A stretch of 63,826 bases of DNA, filler included, from Collodictyon triciliatum (Eukaryota): the NCBI GenBank assembly GCA_043381765.1. It is 22 parts of 22 records of this genome, joined end to end, with 100 filler letters (N's around TTAATTAATTAA, not from the genome) between each part and the next. Parts side by side here need not be neighbours in the genome. Positions count along the whole stretch, not along the records: positions 52,174 to 55,014 come from JBHJMP010008214.1; positions 55,115 to 57,952 come from JBHJMP010008215.1; positions 58,053 to 60,890 come from JBHJMP010008216.1; positions 60,991 to 63,826 come from JBHJMP010008217.1; 18 more parts are not named here. The stretch is one strand, 5' to 3'. Of the stretch, positions 52,260-63,826 are shown one piece after another (position 1 is the stretch's first letter; the number at the start of each line of letters is the position of its first letter). The notes under the pieces were generated by a model. That model did not search any database, was not told where the DNA came from, and worked only from the letters and a program-made list of their open reading frames with translations. A program made the translations under genes and the position numbers.

Positions 52260-52739
52260 ACCGCAGCTCAGATTTACGAGAAAGGCCACATAAAAGACGA
52301 TTTCCCAGAGTTTCTTTGCTGCTGGGACATATTTTGGTTGGTCAGGAAGCAGTTTGCGCCGGATGCCTACGAAGCACGAGTCGACCGGAGACAAGACAAC
52401 AGTATCAGCCTTTTGTTTTGCCTCTCTTGGGGTTGGGTTGATCTTGACAGACTTTGCCTTTTTCAAGGCCTTGTCGCCGGAGGCGGGCTTTGAGGCAGAG
52501 TCCTGCGGGTCGTTTTCCTCCTGATTGGTGTTTCCGGCTGCGTCTGAATCCTGCGGCTCGGCCGCGTCGGGTTCAACAGCTGCGTGTTCTGCCGCAGCGT
52601 CCATCTGAATCGCAACGTTGTCGTCGGCCTCTTGGCTGGACTCGTGGGCCGGACTTTGTTTCGCCGGCGATTCCAACCGCACGGTCGAGGGCGACGGTTC
52701 GCCCGGAGTCAGCCGCGCGGATGACGAGCCCGACTGCAT
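52260..52739 (-). CDS. N-terminal exon of a membrane protein, possibly a polycystin/PKD2-like channel
   Basis: Disordered acidic N-terminus, then KKLWEIVFYVAFLVNLSC followed by a GTAAGT donor, resembling PKD2 TM1. The true start is uncertain. Confidence 0.35.
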
Positions 52740-53060
52740 CTTCTCTGCCTGCCTCAGACTCTGCGGCGCCTTTTCTTTTGCCCTTCGAGCTTTCTCTTCT
52801 ATTGATCGTGGCTGCGTGTGTGAGGAAGATCCGTCCGGCGCAAAACGCTTTCTGCTTGGCCTCTGATTAATCTGATCACCCGCCGCTCTCCTTCTTCCCT
52901 CACGCCAAACAAATCCGGCAGTCCGCGTATGGTATCAACGGTTTTCATTCCTTCCTTTTGTGGGACCAATAAAATAAAAAAAACATGGCGCATGCGCGCT
53001 CCAAACCGTGGCTCGGCAGCATCAATCCATCCTGCGGATTTGCCGGCGGCTGCAAGTGCT

Positions 53061-54083
53061 TTATGCGGTGGGGGTTGGGACAGAAGCAGCGTGGAACTGC
53101 TTCAGGTCTATGAGTTGGTCGAAGGTTGGACGCTTTGCTGCATCCTGGGCCCAGCAGCAGACCATTGCGTGGGTAAGCAGCGGCGGGCCTTTGGGGACTT
53201 TTGGGCGGTTCCCAGAGACAACGTGCTCTATGATTGCGTTGGCCTCCATGTTTTGATATGGGATTGCGTGTGTGATGAGTTCCCAGACTACGATGGAGAA
53301 GCTGTAGACATCCACCGATTCCGTGTAGATTTTCCCCATCAAGATCTGTGTGTGTGCGTGTGTGCGTGTGTGTGTGTGTAAGTACGTGAGTGTGTGTGTG
53401 TGTGTGTGATGTATTTAGTATTATTACAACGGTTATCATAATTGCAAACACCGACGATTTCCCCTCTCTTATCTCTTAGATATCCTTTCTCTCTCTTTCT
53501 CTCTCTTTCTCTCTTTTATTTGTTTCTGTTTTGTTGGTGCATAGTCAGAGATTGAAACTAATGACACTGTCTCATTCGTTGGTTTTTTTTTTTCCATTTC
53601 TGATAATTATTTCTCAACCCAGAGTATGCTGTAATTTATACCTCTGGAGCCTCGTACGCCAGAGTCCCGCAGCGGGTCATTATCTGGTTTTTTGCTTTTG
53701 TTCGGGCAAATCCGAAATCACATATCTTCGGAGAGAAGTTTGAGCTGATCTGTATTGTCAGATGCGTAGTTGTTTTTATTTATTAATTTATTTATTTATA
53801 TATATTTTTTATTACTATGGAAAAAAAAAACTAACAAAACAACATACATGATTATAAGTGTAGATATATACGAATACTGGTGTCCTTATCTGCATTATAT
53901 TGCGAATATAGTATTCCTGTATGGAAAGCATGACTTACCAAGACATTCGATGTCTTGAGGTCACGATGGATAATCGGGGGATGCATGCGATGCAGGTGGC
54001 CCATACCACTGGCTATCCCTTCAGCGATGCGAATCCTATTGGCAAGGAAATAGGATTAGCAATATATAATCATACAACAAGAC

Positions 54084-54146
<63 letters not shown>

Positions 54147-55001
54147 AGAGTTAGCCACGTTATATTTTGCCAGTGAGAACCTACGGACACACGCATAATC
54201 AAAGGAATAATATTAAATCATGTTCGCCCACAAATGCATACCGGATTTCTTGGTCAAGTTTGATGGATGAGCTTGTCAATAGTTTTCTCAAATCACCCAG
54301 CTCAACATATTCTGTCACGATGGCTAAGTTCGGAATCTTTGTGGCTGCTCCCACCAGTCGTAGAAGATTGGGATGGTGGAACTTCCTGAGGTTATTGTAA
54401 TTTTTTGAATAATAGGAAATGAAACGATGGACTACATCGCGCCATCGCATATCCAGAGCGAAAGATTAAAGTCAAATCATATGAAGCTACAGGATGCCAT
54501 TTTGTGTGGGGAAGAATTACTGCATCGTGGACACCTCCGCCAGAAATGCCAAATAGTATTTTTCTTCAGATGTTTGCTGGTGCATCTTCTTAATAGCTAC
54601 TTGCTCGCCCTACATAATCATACCAGGTTGATTACGAAAAAGAGTTCGAACTAAAAAAAAATTGTTAGAACTTTACATTCTACAGAACTTACTTTGTATA
54701 TACCAATATAAACAGCTCCGTATGAACCAACGCCAATTTTCTCATCTTTGATAGCCAAGCTCTCAAAGTCTATTTCACAGCTCAATTTTAGGGGATTGGA
54801 TAGCGTCGCACGGTTCTTTTCAGTATGGATAAGGCGACCAAGTACAGGGGGATTATTCAAAACATCAACACGAGGGGGGTTGACCAAAGCTGGAAGTTTG
54901 GTCTTCCTTGAAAGAGGGTGTGGTGGCGGTGTCTCTATCTCATTAGCATTCTGCTCTTGGCTTTTGTTGGGAGTATTCGCAGACTGATTGGACTGGATCA
55001 A
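53061..55001 (-). CDS. TKL-group Ser/Thr/Tyr kinase, multi-exon, 5'-partial
   Basis: IGVGSYGAVY, VAIKK, HPNLL, IIHRDLKTSNV, ICDFG, CGTLAYEAPE, DVYSF and RPTF. Confidence 0.95.
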
Positions 55002-57509
55002 AAAAAAAAAAAACNNNNNNNNNNNNNNNNNNNNNNNNNNNNNNNNNNNNNNNNNNNNTTAATTAATTAANNNNNNNNNNNNNNNNNNNNNNNNNNNNNN
55101 NNNNNNNNNNNNNNTATTCTATTTTTATTCTATTTTTATTCTATTTTTATTCTATTTTTATTCTATTTTTATTCTATTTTTATTCTATTTTTATTCTATT
55201 TTTATTCTATTTTTATGGTGTACCTATGTTTAATTTCAACATATATGCTGGCAAAAATCGAAAATATTGAAATATTACTCTAAGGCTATCACTAGTGATT
55301 TTTAATGTGGCTGTAGGATAACAATTTGTACCTGAAGATTGCTGCTGGTTTATTTGGATTTTCAGCTTTCTTTTTTATGGTTAGCTTTGCTGCTTGGATT
55401 GATAATGCTCATGAAGCTGTAAAAGAGTTAGCAAAGCAGGTCTTTTTGTTTTAACAAGACATGTCCGCATTTATACACACCTCGACTGTATTTGTAAAAG
55501 TAGACATAATGAGTTTTCTTGTATATTAATTCACTATAGAAAAGGAAATATTGATTATCCTGTATTAGACTTACTTGGCTATTTATTATTATTTTTTTTG
55601 GTCTTCATTTCAATATGCTGGGGCCATAAATTGTTGGCCGTAGTTTCTTGTGTATATCTATACTATTATTCCTCATTGTAGTACCACTGTACGCTTTAAT
55701 AGTTATTTAGAATGCATGAACCAACTCATAGGACCCTACTTGCCATGCTCGACTCGGGGACACCATCAATCTTATCATCACCTCCTTCGTTTTTTTGATT
55801 CTTGCCACACTCATCTCTGTTTATGTTTTAATAAAAGGAAATACATACGGAGAAAGCGCACCGATTACCCCGGATGAATGAGGTTTGCTCTCTATTTGTG
55901 GGCTAACATAATGCTCTTAATTCATCTATTCTATGACTTTTACTCTACCGTTCAAGATTCTAATCATGACATGTTTAAACTTATCCACCGCCCTCCACAA
56001 TTTAATAACCACATGATTGCTATTATCGACTAGGCCACGATATGTCACACCAGAGTATTTCATATTTTCTTGTCATGAAATAAAATAGTGGCAACACTCA
56101 TCCACGAAAACTTGATGTTTCCCATGCCTCGCTCGATTATAATTACCTCTTCCCCCCCCCCCCCCCCCCCCCCCCCCCCTTCCCCTCTTATCCAATACTC
56201 GCTTCAAAAAGTATCGCCATCCAAAGCCCAAGTAAATCACATTGATCAGGAGTGCGCGCAGAATGCCAGGGTGATTAGCAAGGTCTCATTCAAATATAGG
56301 ACTCAAGCTTTTGACCTAGCAATATCGGGATGCAATCCTTGGTAACCCGATCTCAAAAATGGACCATCTCGATATAGGTCGGTAGAAAAAGGATACAATT
56401 CTCTCAACCGCGTTAAACGAAAAAGAAAGAAAAAAGGAAGAGATGAAGACAACCCACTGGCACCCAAAGATACGGACATCTTGCATTTTGCAGAGAAACC
56501 CTGTGGGGCACAGACCTTTCAGTGTTTATTGTCCTTTTGTGAAATAGAGGGAAAATTAAGTAGTCACGCTAATTTATTAATCTTAATCTGGATATTAATT
56601 CATGTATCCAGTGAATCTTTTAAAATCACATTTATCTGTCAGATTAGCAAAAATCATAACTTATATATAGCACCAAGTATTATATCTCTCCATAATCAGT
56701 GCGCTGTCTGCAGTATATCAGCTTGAATAATTCAGTGAAGCGAAAGTTGAATAAGGGACAGTATTAGGTAATTTTCCTTTTTCCCTCCGAATGTTCCACG
56801 GGAGAAAAAGACCAAAAATTGTATGAAGAAGGACACAATGTATACAAAAAGTGACTAAAATCATTGAATTTATTGTGTCTACATGTCAACCTAATACACC
56901 CACAAGCTAGTAATTATGTCCCTCGGGGAAGAGGGTTGCGCGCCAATCAATTGTTCTTGGGTCATTCTGAGACACCCGTCCGCGGCAACACTGATCAAGT
57001 GTTTCACCGTGTCCTCGTCTCGGATTCACCCAACACCCAACCCACGAATCATCTCTGGTCTCTGCGTTCTCCGACACTTGGACACATACATAAAGCCCAG
57101 TGCACTGCTGACCCAGGGAGCTCTTTCCTTGCGTCTCAGTCTCATGCCGCACTCTTTTCCAATTCACTTACTCATACACTGCACAATGAATAAGCAGCCT
57201 CTCGCTTGACTGGAAACAAGCACTAAGAGTCTGCAAAATAATATTTCTCAATATCAAGCAAATAGAAGCTGGCTAAATTATTCCTTTCCTATCTCTCTCT
57301 CTTTTTCCTCCCTGTGAACGACCTAAGCCTAGTTCTTGTCGCTACCATCACCATACCATCGCATCTGAGAAACAAGCAACTCTTGTGAATTGTAAACTAT
57401 ATACTTAAGATTATTGATCAAACATCAAACCACGCAGACTTTCTCCCCGATTTCCAAAATTCACTCCCAAAGCCACTCCGGCTCCCCTCCAAACAAAAAA
57501 GCCCGATCA

Positions 57510-57952
57510 ATGAGTACTGCCGCACTTCCCCACTCTGGATTGGATGAAAACCTCCAAAGCCGCCAACTCGCCGTCTACGGCCGTCAAGCCATGGGCAAAC
57601 TGTCCCAGGCACACGTTCTGATCACCGGACTCACTGGCCTCGGCGCTGAAGTCGCAAAGAACGTTTCACTCGCCAATGTCCGCCACATCACGCTTCATGA
57701 CCCGCGCCCAGTCGAACTGCGAGACCTTTCGTCTCAGTTCTTTGCCACGCCAGAAGATGTCGCAGCCTCTCGAACAAAGGCTGACTCCTGCCTGCGCCAT
57801 GTGCAGGAGCTGAATCCGTCTGTTAGTGTGGATGTTCTCTCGTCTGCCCAAGTCAGTGCGCATGACATCGCTGAGAAGAAGATCACTGTCCTTGTGGCTG
57901 TGGACTGCCCTCGCGATGAGGCTGTGCGTCTGAATGAGCTTTGCCGCAAAGC
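57510..57952 (+). CDS. UBA1: Ubiquitin-activating enzyme E1, N-terminal part
   Basis: LDENLQSRQLAVYGRQAMGKL…GLTGLGAEVAKNVSLANV…DLSSQFF…QELNPSV. The frame is open upstream and includes an NLS-like PPNKKAR. Confidence 0.93.
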
Positions 57953-58061
57953 NNNNNNNNNNNNNNNNNNNNNNNNNNNNNNNNNNNNNNNNNNNNTTAA
58001 TTAATTAANNNNNNNNNNNNNNNNNNNNNNNNNNNNNNNNNNNNNNNNNNNNAAACAAAAG

Positions 58062-58814
58062 TTACCGATTGGACTTGGCAACACGCTCGAGTTCGTCCTT
58101 CTTCTTGATGGCGTAGGAATTGGAGGAGCCCTTGGCGGCATTGATGAGCTCATCGGCCAGGCACTCGGCAATGGTCTTGATGTTGCGGAAGGCAGCCTCG
58201 CGGGCTCCAGTGACAAGCAGGTAGATGCCCTGGTTGACGCGACGGAGGGGAGACACGTCCACAGCCTGACGACGGACAGTACCAGAGGAGCCGATACGGG
58301 TCGAGTCTTCGCGGGGGCCAGCGTTGGCAATAGCGTCAACAACGATTTGGACGGGGTTGCCGTCGGTCAGCAGATGCATTATTTCAAAGGCGTTCTTGAC
58401 AATCTGGACGGCCTTATACTTCTTGCCGTTGTTGCGGCCGTGCATCATGAGCGAGTTGACCAGGCGCTCGACAATGGGGCACTGAGACTTGCGGAAGCGC
58501 TTAACATTGTAGCGGCCAGCAGTGTGGGGTAGGTAGACGGCGGCCTTGCCTCTGACAGCCAGGTAGTCCTGTAATTAAAGCAGGCCTTGTTAGAAATTCA
58601 CATCTGGCCTGGTATTCCTCTACTTGGCTGGCGTTTGGTCGCTGAGTGGAAGGGAAAATGATTGCACCTGGAGGGACAAGTCAGAGACGTTGACGTCTTC
58701 CAGAGACCTGTTGCGAAGTAAGAGTGAGGGTTGTTCTCAAAATGAAGGTCGGCGAATACAAGCAAAAGAGAATCGAGATCCATACCAGCGATTGAAGATC
58801 TTGATTTCAGTCAT
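58062..58814 (-). CDS. RPS5: 40S ribosomal protein S5 (uS7), three exons
   Basis: [26 protein letters not shown]…PHTAGRY…[10 protein letters not shown]…[13 protein letters not shown]. Confidence 0.98.
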
Positions 58815-60139
58815 TTCTGCTGGAAGGCAAGGAGTTAGTGAAAGGGTCGCAATTTTTCATTGAAGGCTGCTTTGCTTAACAAGAGAATGGCTTGTGTGTC
58901 AGGGCTTCAGTGGCGAAGGCTGCCAGCTCAGAAATAACAAACGATGCAAAAAGTGGTTTCGGAGAGGACTCGGAATTCGGGTCATTAATTAGCCCTGGTT
59001 GTAGGAGATAACCCTGGACACGATAGACACGACACCCAAATTGAGGTCGTGTGAGGGCGGGTGGCCGCAAGTGGTTGTTATTAAATTTGGGGAAGTTTTT
59101 CTGCTAACGGTCGTGACGAATATTGATCGCTAAGCAGGAAAGTTGCAGCAGCAGGGGTAAGAACGTCACACTAGATTTTCTCCAGAGTTGGGGTCCTACC
59201 GTTGCTGGGATTTCCACCGACAGTCGGAGCGGAAGCGCGGTAATCTGCTAGGGAGGGCGGGATAGAGACATTCTGATTTTCACCCGAGGGTTATGGCGGC
59301 GGCTCAAGCGCGAAAAAAATGACCGGCCCGATTCGATCAATCTATAACCATATATGGAAAAGATGTGACAGTACAAAATTGGTATCCTAGAGCATGACCG
59401 TCCTTGAGAAATCCTTATTTGCCTGCGATGGTTCGCCAGGTCTATCTTGCCGGCCGGCATCAACGAGAACGAGAAATCCAAAGAGGGCACCGGCAAAAAT
59501 ATTGCATTTTATTCATCTCTTGTGTTGTTAGCTACCAAGGAACCGAGTTCAGATGTACATAAACGCCATGAGTGGATTTCAGATTATCTGATACCAGTAA
59601 GTGTCCGCCCAAAACATCTTTAGTTATAATAGGAATAGGGAAATTGGTTTACGTTTGAAAAATGAAAATACTACAAGAAATAGTTGTGCCACTATTTTTT
59701 TTTCACAATTTTTAAGCCAATATTCTCATAGTGCTACATAGCAACCATTATACATTCGCACGGAAAACAAAGAATATGACACATCCGTTCACTCCATCCG
59801 ACACAAAAGTAAAAAAAAGAATAAATTAAAATGACAAACCAAAATAAAACAGATCGATGACCATAATTTTTTTTGAAGAAATATGAAAAACCAAACATAA
59901 TGGCTTTTAAACCAATATAAAGATATTGTACATATTTTTTTTTAATAAAAAATTATAACTAAATTGCATTTTTTTCAGAGTGTGCGATAATCACTGTACC
60001 AGTGTTCCAGCTTTAATTTTTTTTCTGATACGAAGCCTTTATTGCTTCTTCTTTGTGCAAAAGACGAATAATTTTGGAGACAAAGAGTGCATTTTGACGT
60101 TGTGTATGCCCATGTCTCAGTTAGTGGAAAATCTACATG

Positions 60140-60706
60140 TCATCGTAAACCGAGCTGTCTGCAAGAAACTACACATGAAAAGCGATTAAGAACGTTATTG
60201 AATGATTTGGGCAAATCGCCAAAATAGTTGGGTATAAAGTGCGTGTTGAAAGTTGAGCATACAGAAGCGATTCTTTTGTCGATCCATATCGAAACCCTAT
60301 CAATTACACCATCCTCGTGGTCCTGTTTGAGAATATTATAGACTTCGAAGTGCCCATTACATCGGGCGTAGAATATTGCATCATGTCCACTCAAGTCTCT
60401 GTAAGTTTGATAAATAAAGCACGCTTAGCTTTTTCCTTGAGCAGACCATAAAGTCATCTCAAAATGAAATATTTACTAGGCTGTTGACTAACCATGTCTA
60501 TGAAGGGCTACCTGTAAATCACATTCGCTCCATTCCGTATGAGACAACGCACTACTTCCACCTTTCCTTCCTTTGATGCCATTATCAAAGGGGTTATATC
60601 ATTATTTTGATCTAGCGGGTTCGGTGTTTGGCAGGGTGGAGAAAGCATCAACTCCAGAACATCAATATACTCCAACCTTGCAGCGAGGTGAATAGGAGTC
60701 CAACCT
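60140..60706 (-). CDS. Ankyrin-repeat protein, C-terminal exons
   Basis: GWTPIHLAA, ITPLIMASKEGKVEVVRCLIRNGANV and GHDAIFYARCNGHFEVYNIL. Confidence 0.88.
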
Positions 60707-60990
60707 ACGCATGAGATTGGTATCTGGTGACTAGAATATTAATATAATTTGTGGAAAAAAGAAACGAAACGAAACGAAATGAAATGAAAGAGATAAAAAA
60801 GAGAGATAAAAAAGAGAGATAAAAAAGAGAGATAAAAAAGAGAGATAAAAAAGAGAGATAAAAAAGAGAGATAAAAAAGAGAGATAAAAANNNNNNNNNN
60901 NNNNNNNNNNNNNNNNNNNNNNNNNNNNNNNNNNTTAATTAATTAANNNNNNNNNNNNNNNNNNNNNNNNNNNNNNNNNNNNNNNNNNNN

Positions 60991-63640
60991 GAAGAGGGCA
61001 AAGCGATTTTATATCGCAGCACAGACATGACACCGGATATAAGAAGACCGAGGCTCTATTTATAAAGGCAATATATTGTTTTTCAAGCTCTCTTTCCGTC
61101 TTATAAAAATTCATGGTTTCAAGCATTCTTCATGGAGGTGATAAAAGTGCGCGTCAACCCGTTGGCCTTGCAATATAGCTTGGCTGAATGGATAATATTA
61201 TGTACCTGCCAGAAAGGGTGCAGCAATAATGAGCTTCTGCAACACTGAAAATATCGATGAAATCTTTGTGAGTACGAACGATAAAACTAGAAAAATAGAC
61301 AGCCAATAACATAATCGCATGAATAGAGAACAGATACAATGAACCGAAGTGGCGCCTTCGTCTTTCAATGTATGATAAAACCGCTTTGGTGCAGGCAAAT
61401 TCCTTTCATATTTCTCAACGGAAAAAGCAAGTTCAGGTTGAAGGTTGGTCGCTTACATCTTTTAATTTTTAACTGCATGTGTATCTTTTATTGTGTTCAT
61501 TTACAATCTTGAGAAGATTTCATTAATCTGTTATGCGAAAAGGTCACATACATGGAGGAGAATCAATTTACAACCTACCAGAACAGCTGCTTATCTACTG
61601 AATTCAGTGAAGAGGTATCACGCAAACATATTACATCATATTGATATGAAGGTTTAGGAAGTATTAAACTGCCTTGGATGTTTCCAGTGCATGTTTTTCA
61701 AGGTTGAGTTTGCGAGGGATACATGGAATATCCACGAAGTCATGAGCTATATAAAAGGTGGCTAATTTCGAAAAAAAAATTCGTTAAGCATTTGAGCGGA
61801 GTTTAATATCATTAATTATAATAAAGTAAAATAAAATAAAACAGAGCAGCGTTTGACATTGGTTGCTGAACAAATGATTTACCATCCTTCTCAAAAACCA
61901 TCAAAAATTGGTATGCATGAGTAGTAAATAACATTAAATTATATAAACATGAGCATAAACGCAACATGTAATGAAATTATACAGAATGGTCGAGTAGTTC
62001 TATTTTCCTTTGGTATTTATGAATATCCATATCCATTAAGTGCCAGTAATATTTATATATATATATAAAGTATTAGGAAAAAATACAATGGAATTGACTA
62101 CAGTTAAAGACCCTAACTGGACCTTTGGAAAACTTATTCACGAATTACCAACAATAGTGATGAAGGTGTGTGTATGTGTGTGTTTTTTCTTTTAACCATA
62201 AATACAAAAATTGAACTGGTGTTGCACGTTGAGCATGACTGATGGATTGCCTAAAAAGTCACCTAGAGAGGATAATTATTTTAGCTTCCCCAGCTTCGAA
62301 TGTCACGTTTTAATCATGTGGAGGATGACGGACCTTTCCTGTAATTTTGAATTTAGGAATTTGTATTAAAATATTAGTTCACCCATAAATGACATAACTG
62401 TATCATAAAAAGTTATTTAAATAATACATTATAAAATTAGTGTACCAGAGTCGCTGTTTTCTTTATGAGAACGAAATCATTCAATTTTCAAAGGAATCGG
62501 ATCCCAATATTTTCTCAGAAACACCAAATTCTGTAGAAAGTGCATTAACTTTGAAAACGACATCCTTTAATGATGCCTGCATTGAAGATGAAGGTACAAT
62601 CAAACTTAGTTGGATGACCCCGAGCGGACGTCCTTCCTTGAAAAACCTTGGTAAATCCAGCTATTTGTTTTGACTCTTATTCACTTTATCATGTAATCAT
62701 CATCCAAATAGTTTCCCCCTTAAATTCATCGCGAAGCTTATGATTATCATTAAATTTTACCATGCCCTCATATTATATCTTGGTAGATAGAATATTTACC
62801 GAAGTTCTCGAAAAGGTCGATTTCATGATAAAGCTTTGTGAATCAGGAAAGCATCGAAATTGGCGCGTGAAGCATCTGAGCGAGCAAAATACCTCGATGT
62901 AGAAGTTTTATGGATAAAAGTTGATAAAATACATTCTCTTAATGACGAGAAAACCTTCCTTTGAGCATGGGTTGTTTGCGTTACAAAATAATTTGGTTTT
63001 GTTTTATTTTGATATGAAATGCGATAGTGGATTATTCTTTGGGTCAATCAGTTCAAGATTGTTACTTTTCTCTTCAACATATTTTTTCAAGAGGGTCTCC
63101 CAAAAATTAGTTTTTTTATTAAAAAAAAAAAGGAAATTAATTCCAAAGCTGTCGCATTTAATTGATATTTCACTTATTGGTTCTTTTAAACCAACGCTCT
63201 TTGATTTTTTTATGCATACCAATTCTGAAATGTCCTTGGACACATGAAAACCAAGAGAAAGGAAAGACTTTTGCCCACTTGTTATCAATCTGCTGCTTTG
63301 AGACGACACCCTCAGATATATAGGAGCGCTTTTATTTGATATAATTATATTCATGATTACATAACAGAAATCAATTTTCAGTAATCAGTAAATATACCTG
63401 AGCTTGATTCGATGCATCTATTTCTGGTATATACAGCGATACAAATCGGTAGCCATAAACACATTTTTAATATGTAAGAAAATAGCCGCAAGGGACGCCA
63501 TTGCAAGAAAAAAAATGCTTACGTTTGATAAAGAGGCTGAAAAGTCTATCTTGGGCACATGCAGAATGCCATTGGCTCAAACCATTGTATGTGAGGACAA
63601 AAATGCAGCAGACCCGATATCATGCAAGGTATTCTAAAGT
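60991..63640 (-). CDS. Probable multi-exon hypothetical gene fragment
   Basis: Several minus-strand open segments with splice-like borders (e.g. 63004-63354). No family recognised. Confidence 0.25.
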
Positions 63641-63775
63641 TGTGATTAAAAACGAAGAAATCAAACAGATAACCAAATGGTGAAAACAGAATAAAAGAAA
63701 TGTTAGCTTCCATTTCCTTTCTCGCCGACCGCTGTTTTTCCTTTTTTTTTTTTTTTTTTTGTTTTTTTTTTGTTT

Positions 63776-63826
<51 letters not shown>

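Noticed and set aside
56265-56350. tRNA-Leu/Sec-like words (GCCAGGGTGA…GGTCT…TTCAAA…GACTCAAG…AATCC)
   Set aside because: I could not fold a cloverleaf, and there is no GTTC T-loop or matching acceptor stem. tRNAscan-SE or Infernal would settle it.

Overview
This window is not contiguous DNA. It is 22 unrelated small eukaryotic contigs, nearly all about 2.84 kb and roughly in decreasing size order, joined by an artificial 100-bp linker (N44-TTAATTAATTAA-N44). The organism is an AT-rich, intron-rich, microsatellite-rich protist using the standard code; the TKL kinases and a possible CudA-like factor hint at an amoebozoan, but this is only a guess. Most contigs hold spliced host gene fragments: PGAP3/PER1, kinases, ATG11/17-like, HD hydrolase, ALDH, EMC8/9, FANCE, PsuG-PsuK fusion, PARP, GT64-GT8, cyclophilin, OSCA/TMEM63, UBA1, RPS5 and an ankyrin protein. 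There are also five pieces of one L1/Tx1-like LINE family. Two contigs stand out (14743-17589 and 23582-26427). They are intronless, gene-dense and free of microsatellites, and they look like fragments of a Polinton-like virus or virophage-type element. They encode an A32-type packaging ATPase, a penton/minor capsid protein, a phage-tail-fibre-like protein, a probable major capsid N-terminus missed by the ORF track, and ORFans. Their genes share an AT-rich TCT motif 13-14 nt before the ATG, which resembles the mavirus/CroV late promoter. All family calls are by-eye motif recognition; no searches were run.
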